This document shows positions 19,508 through 29,398 of a stretch of 64,000 nucleotides of DNA, in pieces. Every line of letters begins with the position of its first letter. Position 1 is the stretch's first letter. The stretch is from Chloroflexota bacterium. Lineage in GTDB: Bacteria; Chloroflexota; Anaerolineae; Anaerolineales; E44-bin32. The notes under the pieces are model-generated. The model was not told where the DNA came from. It ran no database searches and saw only the letters and a program-made list of their open reading frames with translations. Position numbers and translations under genes: made by a program. The stretch is from the NCBI GenBank assembly GCA_022561385.1, contig JADFRG010000012.1, positions 1,071 to 65,070 of the forward strand, written 5' to 3'.

Positions 19508-20436
19508 TCCGCCTGCAGCCAGGATCGGATGCGGAGGATGATCCGACCCGCCAGCTCCTCAGTGACCTCGTTCCATTCAATCTTGGGGTCGTCCGCTTTG
19601 AACCAGTTGCTCTGACGCCGAACAAACTGCCGGGTCAATCGACGCATCTCCGCCACGGCCTCTTCCAGGCTCCGCTCACCAAGTAGATATTCTCCGATTT
19701 GGCGGTACCCGATGCCGGACATCGGTGGATGATCCAGCCCGATCCCGCGACTTAGCAGTGCCTGCACTTCGTCGACCAAACCTCGCTCCAACATTTGATC
19801 GATACGCCGATCGATGCGGGCGTACAGCTCGGGCCGGGGCAATTGGAGGCCCAGTCGAAGGATTCGGTAATCGGGTGGGCTGGCGCGGCGCTGTTTGCTG
19901 GGCGGGATTCCCGTCAGCTCGTAAATTTCAAGCGCACGCGTGACGCGCCGAATGTTCGCGGGGTCGATCTCGCGCGCGGTTGCGGGATCCACCTTAACCA
20001 GCCGCGCGTGCAGCGCGGACGGCCCGTGCTCCGCGGCCAGAGACTCAAACTTGCTTCGGATGGAATCGTCGGGAGCTTTCGGCGGCGGCACCCAGCCTTC
20101 CAGGACGGCGGTGGCATATTGTCCCGTTCCACCGACCAGGAGCGGAAGCCGTTTTCGCCCCTGTACCTCCGCGATCGACTCGTCCGCCCGCCGCTTGAAT
20201 GTTGCCAGGCTCCAGCTCTCTTCGGGTTCCGCGACGTCAATCAGATGATGTGGGACTCGGGCCAGCTGATCCTGGCTCGGCTTGGCAGTTCCGATGTCCA
20301 TCCCGCGATAGATCAAGCGCGAGTCGGCGGAAACGATCTCGGCCCCGAGCGACTCCGCTACCGCAATCCCGAGCTTAGATTTCCCGACCGCAGTGGGCCC
20401 GAGGATGGCGACCAGGGCATGAGTTTGAGTCCTCAC
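19504..20436 (-). CDS. miaA: tRNA dimethylallyltransferase
   Basis: P-loop GPTAVGKS. YRGMDIGTAKP and LLVGGTGQY motifs. Confidence 0.92.
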   Translation of the reverse strand: MRTQTHALVAILGPTAVGKSKLGIAVAESLGAEIVSADSRLIYRGMDIGTAKPSQDQLARVPHHLIDVAEPEESWSLATFKRRADESIAEVQGRKRLPLLVGGTGQYATAVLEGWVPPPKAPDDSIRSKFESLAAEHGPSALHARLVKVDPATAREIDPANIRRVTRALEIYELTGIPPSKQRRASPPDYRILRLGLQLPRPELYARIDRRIDQMLERGLVDEVQALLSRGIGLDHPPMSGIGYRQIGEYLLGERSLEEAVAEMRRLTRQFVRRQSNWFKADDPKIEWNEVTEELAGRIILRIRSWLQAD

Positions 20437-20589
20437 TGATTATTCCAGCGGCGGCGCGGGAGCGAGGGGCTCGGCTCCCACATCTGCTCAGCCTTCGAGG
20501 ATGGCCCCACACCTGCCGCGAGCATAACAACTGACGACTTCATTGGCCTGAGCGGTCGGTGTTCTAGCCTGGGTCATGACGATTTAGGA

Positions 20590-20982
20590 CTAGTCTCCCT
20601 CGACCGCCGAAACAATGTGCTCGAGCCGAATCACCGTGCCGTCGCGCTCCATGTCGATCGCGACCACATCGATTCGCCAGGGTGAATCCTGCCGTTTAAC
20701 ACTTCCCAGGTAAACATGGGCGGTCTGGATCAACTTCTCTCGTTTGGCTCGGGTTATGGACTCTTCAGGCGGACCGAAGGTCTGGCTTCGGCGGGCCTTA
20801 ACTTCCACAAACACGATTTCTCCGTTTTGTTCCGCTACCAGGTCCAGCTCGCCTCCCGGCCAGCTCCAATTGCGATCCAGAATCCGGTACCCCAGACCCA
20901 CCAGGCGTTCTTCAGCGACACGCTCGCCGTGGATTCCGAGCTCACGGGGGGTTAAGCGCGGCGTCATAAGGCTCCTGTCCAC
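20590..20982 (-). CDS. YraN/UPF0102 family endonuclease-like protein
   Basis: 130 aa. GERVAEERLVGLGYRILDRNW...GELDLVA...IVFVEVKAR matches the family core. Confidence 0.8.
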   Translation of the reverse strand: MDRSLMTPRLTPRELGIHGERVAEERLVGLGYRILDRNWSWPGGELDLVAEQNGEIVFVEVKARRSQTFGPPEESITRAKREKLIQTAHVYLGSVKRQDSPWRIDVVAIDMERDGTVIRLEHIVSAVEGD

Positions 20983-21003
20983 TTTTGCGTATAATACCCA
21001 TGG

Positions 21004-21033
21004 TTGACAGCCAGCTTAACACAACATTAGAAT
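21004..21033 (+). promoter_or_regulatory. sigma-70 promoter TTGACA-N18-TAGAAT upstream of the liv-type operon
   Basis: TTGACA 21004-21009 and TAGAAT 21028-21033. About 180 nt before ATG 21216. Confidence 0.6.
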
Positions 21034-21215
21034 GTGGCATCAACTTTAGTGCGGTCGAGGCCCCCTCGACTGGCACGTGCTGGCCTGCCCGGAAGGCAGA
21101 GTCAGTGGTGCAAAGGAGGAGACACGCCGAAAATCTTTTGATTCCTGTATAAGAATGAAAACTTGGCCAAGTTACAGAGTAACAAACGGATATCCTGAGG
21201 AGGAGGGTTGAATCA

Positions 21216-22472
21216 ATGAATCGCAAGTTCTTTCTTTTCGGCGGCCTGATTGTGGCCGCCCTAGCGCTGGGTGCCTGCGGCGCCCCAGCGTTCGAGTGTG
21301 ACGACGCCATCGGCTGCGTGGACATCGAACCCGGCGCGCCGGTCAAAATCGCGGTGCTACAAGTCATCGCGGGTGAGCTCACCAGCCTCGGCTTAGATCA
21401 AGTCCGCGGCGTGGAAATCGCAGTGGATGAAATTGGCGGCGAGATCCAGGGCCATCCGATCGAACTGGTTGTTGAGGACGAGGGTTGCAGCGCCGAGGGC
21501 GGCACCACGGCGGCTCAGAAGGTCGTGGCGGATCCACAAGTCATCGGCATTGTCGGCACCAGTTGCTCCGGTGCGGGCGTACCGGCATCACAGATCATGT
21601 CCGAAGCCGGCCTGGTGATGATCTCCGGCTCCAACACCTCTCCGAGGTTGACCTCTTCCCCGCTGGGCGTCACCAAGGGCGAAGCCTGGCAAGCGGGCTA
21701 CTTCCGCACTGCGCATAACGACGAGGTGCAGGGCGCTGGAGCGGCGAACTTCGTGTTCAACGAGCTAGGATTGACCAAGGCCGCCAGCATTCACGATGGA
21801 GATCCCTACACCGAGGGTCTTGTGACGGTATTCAACCGTGAGTTTGAGGCCTTCGGCGGAGAGATCGTGGCAACCACAGCGATCAACAAGGGCGATACGG
21901 ACATGAGGCCCGTTCTCACGTCCATCTCTGCAGCCGGGACAGAATTGATCTTCTTCCCGCTCTTCCAGCCCGAGGGGGACTTCATCGTCTTCCAATCGGC
22001 GGAAATCGCTGGACTGGAAGACGTGGTCCTGATGGGTGCGGATGGATTGCTCGCCGATACATATGTCGAGTCTGTGGGGGAAGAGGGAATCGGCACGTAC
22101 TACTCCGGTCCTGAGACTCCCACGGGGAGCATCTACGATGACTTCCTGGCAGCTCACCAGGAGAAGTATGGCGAGGCCCCCATCCAGTCCTTCCATGCTC
22201 ACTCGCACGATGCAGGAGCGATTCTGTTCGCTGCCATCGACAAGGTCGCAGTTCTGGACGACGATGGCACGCTGCACATTGGGCGCCAAGCGCTGCGAGA
22301 CGCAATGTACGCCACATCGAACTTCCAGGGGATTACAGGCAGTCTCACCTGTGACGAGTTCGGTGACTGTGCAGGTCAGCTGATTCAAGTCTTCCTGCTG
22401 GACGATCCAGCGGCTGGTATCTCCGGCCTCAGGAACAACGCAGTGTTCTCTTGCGCTGCTCCTTGCAAGTAG
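21216..22472 (+). CDS. branched-chain amino acid ABC transporter substrate-binding lipoprotein
   Basis: Lipobox LALGAC. Type I periplasmic-binding fold strings (VGIVGTSCSGAG). GAGGAGG SD. Confidence 0.88.
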   Translation: MNRKFFLFGGLIVAALALGACGAPAFECDDAIGCVDIEPGAPVKIAVLQVIAGELTSLGLDQVRGVEIAVDEIGGEIQGHPIELVVEDEGCSAEGGTTAAQKVVADPQVIGIVGTSCSGAGVPASQIMSEAGLVMISGSNTSPRLTSSPLGVTKGEAWQAGYFRTAHNDEVQGAGAANFVFNELGLTKAASIHDGDPYTEGLVTVFNREFEAFGGEIVATTAINKGDTDMRPVLTSISAAGTELIFFPLFQPEGDFIVFQSAEIAGLEDVVLMGADGLLADTYVESVGEEGIGTYYSGPETPTGSIYDDFLAAHQEKYGEAPIQSFHAHSHDAGAILFAAIDKVAVLDDDGTLHIGRQALRDAMYATSNFQGITGSLTCDEFGDCAGQLIQVFLLDDPAAGISGLRNNAVFSCAAPCK

Positions 22473-22565
22473 AATCGCTGCCCCATTGAGCGCAATGTGG
22501 CGCCGCGGGATCCATGCCACGCATGGTGAACGCGGCGCCACGTGTTGTTTAGTTAGGCATACCTG

Positions 22566-23648
22566 ATGGCTGCACTTGTAGACACCCTGCGAGAGCGGGC
22601 TGTTCGTTTTTCGCTACTCTCCTTCCTACTCTGGATTGTTCGCATTGGCGCGGTAGCACTCGCTGTTTGGGGGACACTCGTGACCTTGTCTTCCGGTGTG
22701 TTCACGGCCGCCCAATGGAAGGACTTCCTTATCTTTGGGCTTGCCCAGGGCAGTGTTTACGCTCTGATCGCCCTGGGCTACAGCATGGTTTACGGGGTGC
22801 TCCGCTTCATAAACTTCGCCCACGGCGAAGTCTTCATGAGTGGATCGATGATCGGGTTCTTTGTCGCCGATTCAATGGCCCAATCCGGATTCTGGGACTC
22901 GAGCCCGATTGCTGCGCTAGGGATCGTCCTGCTGGCTTCGATGACCACCTCAACTCTATTAGCAGTAATCTTAGAGCGAATCGCCTACCGGCCCTTAAGA
23001 GACTCTCCGCGCCTAGTGCCACTGATCACTTCGCTCGGCATGTCGTTCGCCCTGCAAAACATTTTTCGAGGTCTATTTGGAGCGGGCATAAAGACCTATC
23101 CCGTCTCACCGCTCCTGGACGGTTTCATCACATTGGGGGGAATCAATCTTATCCATAAATCGCAGGCTTTGGTTATCGGCACTGCTCTGATCTTCATGCT
23201 CGGCTTATACTTATTTGTCGAGCGCACAAAGACTGGCAAAGCGATGCGTGCGGTGGCCGAGGACAAGGAAATTGCCTCATTAATGGGAATCGATGTGGAT
23301 AGAATTATCGTCATTACCTTCGCGGTGGGTGGGCTCCTGGCTGGCGTCGCTGGCGTACTTTATGCTCAGGTATTTCGACAAGTAAATTTCTTTACCGGGT
23401 TTATCCCGGGAATAAAGGCCTTTACCGCGGCGGTACTCGGCGGCGTCGGGAACATCGTCGGCGCCATGCTCGGCGGACTTGTCCTGGGCTTAGTCGAATC
23501 ATTCGGGCCGAGTATTGTACTGGCGGGTCTCGGCATCCCTTCCCCGCACCAGCTCAAGGATGCAGTGGCGTTTGTTGTCCTTGTCCTGGTTCTCATCTTC
23601 CGGCCATCAGGCATTTTGGGAGAGCGGCTTTCGCGAGAGAAGGCCTAG
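22566..23648 (+). CDS. livH: branched-chain amino acid ABC transporter permease
   Basis: LivH-type polytopic protein (GYSMVYGVLRFINFAHGE). Confidence 0.88.
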   Translation: MAALVDTLRERAVRFSLLSFLLWIVRIGAVALAVWGTLVTLSSGVFTAAQWKDFLIFGLAQGSVYALIALGYSMVYGVLRFINFAHGEVFMSGSMIGFFVADSMAQSGFWDSSPIAALGIVLLASMTTSTLLAVILERIAYRPLRDSPRLVPLITSLGMSFALQNIFRGLFGAGIKTYPVSPLLDGFITLGGINLIHKSQALVIGTALIFMLGLYLFVERTKTGKAMRAVAEDKEIASLMGIDVDRIIVITFAVGGLLAGVAGVLYAQVFRQVNFFTGFIPGIKAFTAAVLGGVGNIVGAMLGGLVLGLVESFGPSIVLAGLGIPSPHQLKDAVAFVVLVLVLIFRPSGILGERLSREKA

Positions 23649-23652
23649 AGCG

Positions 23653-25446
23653 ATGGCGGTGAGCCGAAGTCCAGGAACCCCTGCCCTCGAGCAACCGATT
23701 GTAATAACTGCTTTCCCCTCTTCCGCCTTCGATATTCGGAAATCCATTCGACTAGGGCTGATAGCGGGGCTGATCCTGGTATTGATCTCCGCCATGGGGC
23801 TGGTCGAGAGTTTCGACGATCGGATGCTCATCGATCCGATTTTAAGCCTCGGCTACGTCCTCCTATTTCTCGTGCCCCTCCTGGTGGGTCACATCGCAGG
23901 CAGACTCCCGCCGTTGCTAGAAGGCATGCCGGCGCCTGAGCACCGCCCGCGCGATGTTTTGGGCGGGCTGGTATCGGGAACGGTCGCCTCAATCCTGCTC
24001 GCCCTGCTGGTCATTGCTACCCCCGTGTTCGACCTTCGAACCTTGTTTATCAACCTGTCGCCCACGCTGGTGGGCCTGTTGACCCTAAACCAGGGGCTGG
24101 CCTCCGGCCTGCTTCTACTCGTGGCCATCGGCGCGACGTTGGGCACGATCGGAAGTGCCCTCCATCTGCTCCCAGATAAATGGCGCAGTGCGCTCGTTAA
24201 ATCAGTGACCTGGGTGCTGGGTATAGCGCTCTTACAAGACCTGGTGCTACAGTTGCTGCGAGGCTTGGGGCTTTCCTTCGCAAGTCGGCTCATATTTACG
24301 GTTACGGGTGGTCTCTCAATTCCCGCCACGGTGTTAATCTTTGGGATTTTGCTCGGAGCCCAGCTTTCGATCAAAACAAAGGGCGAGTCACTTGCTACTC
24401 GTTTCGCTCGGCTACCCGATTCCAGGAAGCGGCGAACCCTTTATGCAGCGGGAGTTCTGCTTCTAGTGGTGATCGTTGTTCTTCCTCAGATCGTAGGACC
24501 CTACATCAGTGAGGTGCTTGATCTCGTGGGTCTATTCTTGCTGATGGGATTCGGTCTGAATATTGTGGTTGGACTTGCCGGATTGCTTGATTTAGGCTAT
24601 GTGGCATTCTTTGCGGTCGGCGCTTACACTATGGCGGTCCTGGTCTCTCCCTCCTCGCCTGGGTTCGCACCTCAGTTAACTTTTTGGTTGGCCCTGCCAT
24701 TTGTCGTAGGTACTGCTGCACTAGCGGGAATCCTGGTTGGCCTACCGGTCCTTCGCATGCGCGGCGATTATCTGGCCATCGTGACCTTGGGATTTGGCGA
24801 AATAGCGAGATTGTTGGCGCAGTCAGACTGGCTGAAGCCTTTTCTTGGGGGCGCGCAGGGGATATTGCGCATCCCAAACATTCCTGTCGGGCCCATCGAG
24901 CTTCACACCCCCCCTCAGCTCTTCTATCCAATCGCGGCATTCGTCGCATTGGCGGCCTACACCTCGTGGAGGTTGCAGGATTCGCGGATTGGCAGAGCCT
25001 GGATGGCAATGCGGGAAGACGAAGATGTCGCGGAGGCGATGGGGATCAACATCGTCACCACCAAACTGCTTGCATTTGTCATTGGTGCGATACTAGCCGG
25101 CTTCAGCGGCGCGATCTTCGCGATGAAGATAGGATCGGTATTCCCTCATTCCTTCAACCTCATATTCTCACTTACGGTTCTGGTCATCATCATTGTTGGT
25201 GGCCTCGGCAGTCTCAGAGGAGTAGCACTCGGCGCGCTGGTTATTGTGGGACTGCCAGAGCTGTTGAGGGAGTTCAATGAATTTCGATTTCTGTTTTACG
25301 GAATTATTCTGGTCGTGATGATGCGCCTGAAACCAGAAGGTCTGCTGCCAAGGGCGCGTCGGGCTCGCGAGATCACCGAGGAGGAGCGCGCTCAAGACGT
25401 TGGGATGCCGGTCACTGCGACCGCGGCTGACCCAGGCGGGACGTAG
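23653..25446 (+). CDS. livM: branched-chain amino acid ABC transporter permease with a long N-terminal membrane extension
   Basis: ATG 23653 follows the livH stop (23646-23648). The C-terminal ~320 aa is LivM-like (LDLGYVAFFAVGAY). The first ~270 aa add further TM helices. Confidence 0.85.
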   Translation: MAVSRSPGTPALEQPIVITAFPSSAFDIRKSIRLGLIAGLILVLISAMGLVESFDDRMLIDPILSLGYVLLFLVPLLVGHIAGRLPPLLEGMPAPEHRPRDVLGGLVSGTVASILLALLVIATPVFDLRTLFINLSPTLVGLLTLNQGLASGLLLLVAIGATLGTIGSALHLLPDKWRSALVKSVTWVLGIALLQDLVLQLLRGLGLSFASRLIFTVTGGLSIPATVLIFGILLGAQLSIKTKGESLATRFARLPDSRKRRTLYAAGVLLLVVIVVLPQIVGPYISEVLDLVGLFLLMGFGLNIVVGLAGLLDLGYVAFFAVGAYTMAVLVSPSSPGFAPQLTFWLALPFVVGTAALAGILVGLPVLRMRGDYLAIVTLGFGEIARLLAQSDWLKPFLGGAQGILRIPNIPVGPIELHTPPQLFYPIAAFVALAAYTSWRLQDSRIGRAWMAMREDEDVAEAMGINIVTTKLLAFVIGAILAGFSGAIFAMKIGSVFPHSFNLIFSLTVLVIIIVGGLGSLRGVALGALVIVGLPELLREFNEFRFLFYGIILVVMMRLKPEGLLPRARRAREITEEERAQDVGMPVTATAADPGGT

Positions 25447-25454
25447 CCTTCGCC

Positions 25455-26231
25455 GTGATATTCTTCGAGACAAAAGCACTCCAAAAAAGCTTCGGCGGAC
25501 TGACCGCCATAAACTCGCTCGATTTCCACCTAGAGGAAGGGGAAATCGTTAGCATTATTGGGCCCAACGGCGCCGGCAAAACCACATTCTTTAATCTAAT
25601 TACCGGCTTCTATCCTCCGGATCATGGGGAAATCCTGTTTGACGGCCACGACTTGGTCGGTCTCCGCCCCAGCAAGATCACGTCCCTGGGGATTGCTCGC
25701 ACCTTCCAGACCGTAAGGCTCTTTGCAAATATGACGGTGCTTGAAAATGTAATGGTCGCGCAGCACTCGCGGACGAAGTCGGGCATCGTGGGCGCAGTGC
25801 TCCAGCTGCGGAGTTTCCGCGAGGAAGAGCAGCGGATCAGGGACCGAGCGAAGGATATTCTTTCCTTCTTCGGCTCAAGATTGGCTGGATATCGGCACGA
25901 TCAGCCCGCCAAGAGTCTTTCTTACGCGAATCGCCGCCGCCTTGAAATCGCCCGCGCTATGGCAACCGAGGCCAGCCTGCTCCTTCTGGACGAGCCGTCG
26001 GCGGGGATGAATCCAAGGGAAACGAAGGAGATCACCGAGCTGATCGGAAAGCTCCGCGATGAGCGAGGATTCACCATTTTGTTTATCGAGCACGATATGC
26101 GCGTGGTCAGAGGTGTCTCCGATCGAGTGGTTGCCATGGATTTTGGGATCAAGATCGCCGAGGGACCGTATTCCGAGGTCGCACAAGATGAAAACGTGAT
26201 CGAGGCCTACCTGGGGCGGAAGGAAACATAA
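25455..26231 (+). CDS. livG: branched-chain amino acid ABC transporter ATP-binding protein
   Basis: Walker A GPNGAGKTT. LLLDEP Walker B. Confidence 0.9.
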   Translation: MIFFETKALQKSFGGLTAINSLDFHLEEGEIVSIIGPNGAGKTTFFNLITGFYPPDHGEILFDGHDLVGLRPSKITSLGIARTFQTVRLFANMTVLENVMVAQHSRTKSGIVGAVLQLRSFREEEQRIRDRAKDILSFFGSRLAGYRHDQPAKSLSYANRRRLEIARAMATEASLLLLDEPSAGMNPRETKEITELIGKLRDERGFTILFIEHDMRVVRGVSDRVVAMDFGIKIAEGPYSEVAQDENVIEAYLGRKET

Positions 26232-26236
26232 GCAGC

Positions 26237-26965
26237 ATGAGCGCCAACACGGAACCAGCACTCAAATTGGATAATGTGAGCACCCATTACGGGCCGATCC
26301 TGGTGCTCAGAAACATGAACATAGAAATCTTTCCAGGAGAGATCGTTTGCCTGCTCGGGGGCAATGCCAGCGGCAAGACCACGACCCTACGTACCATCGT
26401 GGGTATGGTGGCACCCACGGAGGGCAAAATAACATTGGACGGCGTGGAGATCGCCGGGTTGGATACAACAGAGATTGTTGGGATGGGGATTTCAATGGTC
26501 CCGGAGAATCGAAGACTATTCAGCCGCATGACGGTCCGAGAAAACCTTGAGATGGGCGCTTATCTTAGAAAGAAGGGGAACTCTCATCAGGAGGATTTGG
26601 ACCGAATCTTTGAGCTTTTCCCGCGCGTCAAGGAGCGGCTCAATCAGCGGGCCGGGACTCTCAGCGGAGGAGAACAGCAAATGGTTGCCATGGGCCGGGC
26701 GCTAATGGCCCGGCCGAAAGTGCTGCTCATGGACGAGCCTTCCATGGGTCTGGCGCCAGTTCTGGTTCAAAGTACGTTTGAAATCATCAAAGAAATCAAT
26801 CGTCAAGGCACGACCATTTTCCTCGTCGAACAGAACGCCAATATGGCGCTTTTGATTGCCGACCATGGCTACGTTCTCCAAACGGGAAGAATCGTGCTAG
26901 CCGATACTGCGGAAAATCTGCTTAACAACAAGATGATGCGTGAGGCCTATTTGGGAGAGATGTAG
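26237..26965 (+). CDS. livF: branched-chain amino acid ABC transporter ATP-binding protein
   Basis: Walker A GGNASGKTT, signature LSGGEQQ, Walker B LLMDEPS. Confidence 0.9.
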   Translation: MSANTEPALKLDNVSTHYGPILVLRNMNIEIFPGEIVCLLGGNASGKTTTLRTIVGMVAPTEGKITLDGVEIAGLDTTEIVGMGISMVPENRRLFSRMTVRENLEMGAYLRKKGNSHQEDLDRIFELFPRVKERLNQRAGTLSGGEQQMVAMGRALMARPKVLLMDEPSMGLAPVLVQSTFEIIKEINRQGTTIFLVEQNANMALLIADHGYVLQTGRIVLADTAENLLNNKMMREAYLGEM

Positions 26966-27000
26966 CCTACCCACTTCCTAGCCGAATTGCGAGTAGGATT

Positions 27001-27028
27001 GGGGCGCAAGGAGTTGTGCCCTTTTTTG
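27001..27028 (+). terminator. intrinsic terminator after livF
   Basis: GGGCGC-AAGGAGTT-GTGCCC hairpin (one G-U pair) followed by TTTTTT. Confidence 0.65.
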
Positions 27029-27158
27029 GTGCTGAATGCTCTCAACCGTCCCGAGGCCTCTGAAACTTCCTTCCGGGTGCGTGGTCAGGGGATTATAGAG
27101 GGGCGGCTATGCGCAGGAGGTGATCTCCCCGATGGAACCCGCCGAGGCGTAACGTATC

Positions 27159-28148
27159 ATGCAGATCCGAATCCTGACCAGTGAGGACGTACGCCTCGCC
27201 CTCCCAATGCCGAAGACGATCGAAATCATCAAGGAGGCCTTCCGACAGCTCTCGGCGGGAAAAGCGACCGTCCCGCTGCGCACTCGGATAGAGCTGGCGA
27301 ACCGGGAGGCGGTGGCGCTGATCATGCCCGCTCTCCTGAATACAACCGGCGATTTGGCAGTCAAGATCGTGAGTGTATTTCCGCGGAACGTCGAACGTGA
27401 TCTACCAACGATCCATGCGGTTGTAGTCGCGATCGATTCCGATACGGGCCGGCCGCTTGCGTTGATCGAAGGGGGCACGCTGACCGCGATCCGGACCGGG
27501 GCCGCTTCGGGCGCGGCGACCGATCTCCTGGCGCGCGCGGATTGCTCGCGAGTGGCAATTTTCGGGAGCGGCGTACAAGCGCGAACTCAGCTGGAGGCGG
27601 TTTGCGCCGTCCGGGATATCGAAGAGGTGCGCGTGTACAGCATCGACAAGGAAGGCGCTCAGACCTTCGCCGAAGAAATGGCGGGGGTCGGATCGATTCC
27701 CTCGCAGATCAAAGTAGCCACGGACCCGGTCGACGCGTTGGTTGGGGCCGATATCGTCTGCACCGCCACCACCTCCTTAAGCCCGGTTTTTTCCGGGCTG
27801 GATCTGAGACCGGGCACTCACATCAATGCCGTCGGAGCTTATACGCCGGAGATGCAGGAGCTGGATGAACACGCGGTCGAGCGGGCCTATGTGGTGGTGG
27901 ATTCCCGCGCGGCGGTGCTGGCCGAGGCGGGCGATTTGATCATTCCGATTCAGAAGGGACTTATCCGCGAGGACCATATCCGCGCCGAGCTGGGGGAGAT
28001 TGTGAGTGGCGATGCGCCGGGTCGTTCAACAGACGACCAGATCACCCTGTTCAAATCGGTGGGGGTCGCGGTCCAGGACGCGGCTGCGGCCGGATTGGCG
28101 CTGCGGCGGGCCGAAGAACTGGGCCTCGGGCAGATGGTCGAGCTCTAA
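27159..28148 (+). CDS. ornithine cyclodeaminase / mu-crystallin family protein
   Basis: 329 aa. N-terminal MQIRILTSEDVRLALPM, Rossmann AIFGSGVQA, typical family length. Confidence 0.85.
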   Translation: MQIRILTSEDVRLALPMPKTIEIIKEAFRQLSAGKATVPLRTRIELANREAVALIMPALLNTTGDLAVKIVSVFPRNVERDLPTIHAVVVAIDSDTGRPLALIEGGTLTAIRTGAASGAATDLLARADCSRVAIFGSGVQARTQLEAVCAVRDIEEVRVYSIDKEGAQTFAEEMAGVGSIPSQIKVATDPVDALVGADIVCTATTSLSPVFSGLDLRPGTHINAVGAYTPEMQELDEHAVERAYVVVDSRAAVLAEAGDLIIPIQKGLIREDHIRAELGEIVSGDAPGRSTDDQITLFKSVGVAVQDAAAAGLALRRAEELGLGQMVEL

Positions 28149-28149
28149 T

Positions 28150-29304
28150 ATGGAGCTTCCCGCGCAGGCGCAGATCGTCATCATCGGCGGCGGCGTGATG
28201 GGGGCCAGCACGGCCTATCACCTGGCAGAGGCGGGGGCCACGGACGTGCTCCTTCTCGAACGTACCGAGCACCTGGAGGACAGCGCGACCAGCCGGTGCG
28301 CCGGAGGGGTGCGCCATCAATTTGCGAGCGAGGTCAACATTCAGCTATCAAAGTCGAGCCTGGCGATGCTCACGCGATTCCAAGACGAAATCGGCGTAGA
28401 CCCCCTTTATCGGCAGTGCGGCTACATCTTCGTGCTTACCGAACCCACGGACGTGGAGGTCTTCAAGGTTAATGTGGAGCTGCAGCGTAGCCTCGGCGTA
28501 GATACCGAGTGGCTCGGGGGCGACGAAGTACGGCGTCGGCTGCCGCTAATGCAGTTTCAGGATGCGCTGGCTGGAACAATTTACGCGAAGGACGGGTTGG
28601 CGGATCCAACCAGCGTCAACATGGGATACCTTAATCGGGCTCGGGATTTGGGGGTCCTGGAGTTAATGGACACAGAGGTGGTCGGTATCGACGTTGAAAA
28701 GGGGCATGTAGCGGGGGTAGAGACCGATCGAGGGCACGTGGCATGTGAACACGTAGTCAACGCGGCCGGTCCATGGGCCGGCCAGATTGGCGGATACGTC
28801 GGACTCAAAATTCCGATCCAGCCGATCCGCAGACAGGTGGTAACCACCACTCCGCTGCCCGACATACCGAGTGATTTTCCGTTTGTGATAGATTTTGCCC
28901 GATCGCTTTACTTTCATCGCGAGGGAGAGGGCCTGCTCACCGGGATGTCGAACCGAAAACAGCCACCAGGCTACGATCAACGACTGGACGATGACTGGGA
29001 GGCGTACGCGCTCGAAGCAGCGATGGAACGCCTGCCGCTCCTGGAGACCGCGGGGCGGCTGTCTGGATGGGCGGGACTGTATGAAGTCACTCCTGATGCA
29101 CATCCGATATTCGGGCCGACCCCCGTGGAAGGTTTTTGGATAGTGGCAGGCTTCTCCGGCCATGGATTTATGCACGGCGCGGTAGCCGGGAAATTGATGT
29201 CCGAATTCCTACTGGAAGGCGAAGCGCATACCGTCGACGTCTCGATGCTGGATCTGGCACGCTTTGAAGAAGGTCAACTCATCCGGGAATACAACGTCAT
29301 TTGA
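28150..29304 (+). CDS. FAD-dependent oxidoreductase (DAO / sarcosine oxidase beta-like)
   Basis: ATG 28150 sits directly after the OCD stop. Dinucleotide-binding motif VIIGGGVMGASTAYHLA. The track start 28006 overlaps the OCD gene and is rejected. Confidence 0.85.
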   Translation: MELPAQAQIVIIGGGVMGASTAYHLAEAGATDVLLLERTEHLEDSATSRCAGGVRHQFASEVNIQLSKSSLAMLTRFQDEIGVDPLYRQCGYIFVLTEPTDVEVFKVNVELQRSLGVDTEWLGGDEVRRRLPLMQFQDALAGTIYAKDGLADPTSVNMGYLNRARDLGVLELMDTEVVGIDVEKGHVAGVETDRGHVACEHVVNAAGPWAGQIGGYVGLKIPIQPIRRQVVTTTPLPDIPSDFPFVIDFARSLYFHREGEGLLTGMSNRKQPPGYDQRLDDDWEAYALEAAMERLPLLETAGRLSGWAGLYEVTPDAHPIFGPTPVEGFWIVAGFSGHGFMHGAVAGKLMSEFLLEGEAHTVDVSMLDLARFEEGQLIREYNVI

Positions 29305-29398
29305 TGCCTGACCCGACTCCGCGTATCATATATGGCTATACGCACTATCCCGCACCCACTATTTTGGGTCCGTGCTGTGCCCAACACTTAGGAATTTC

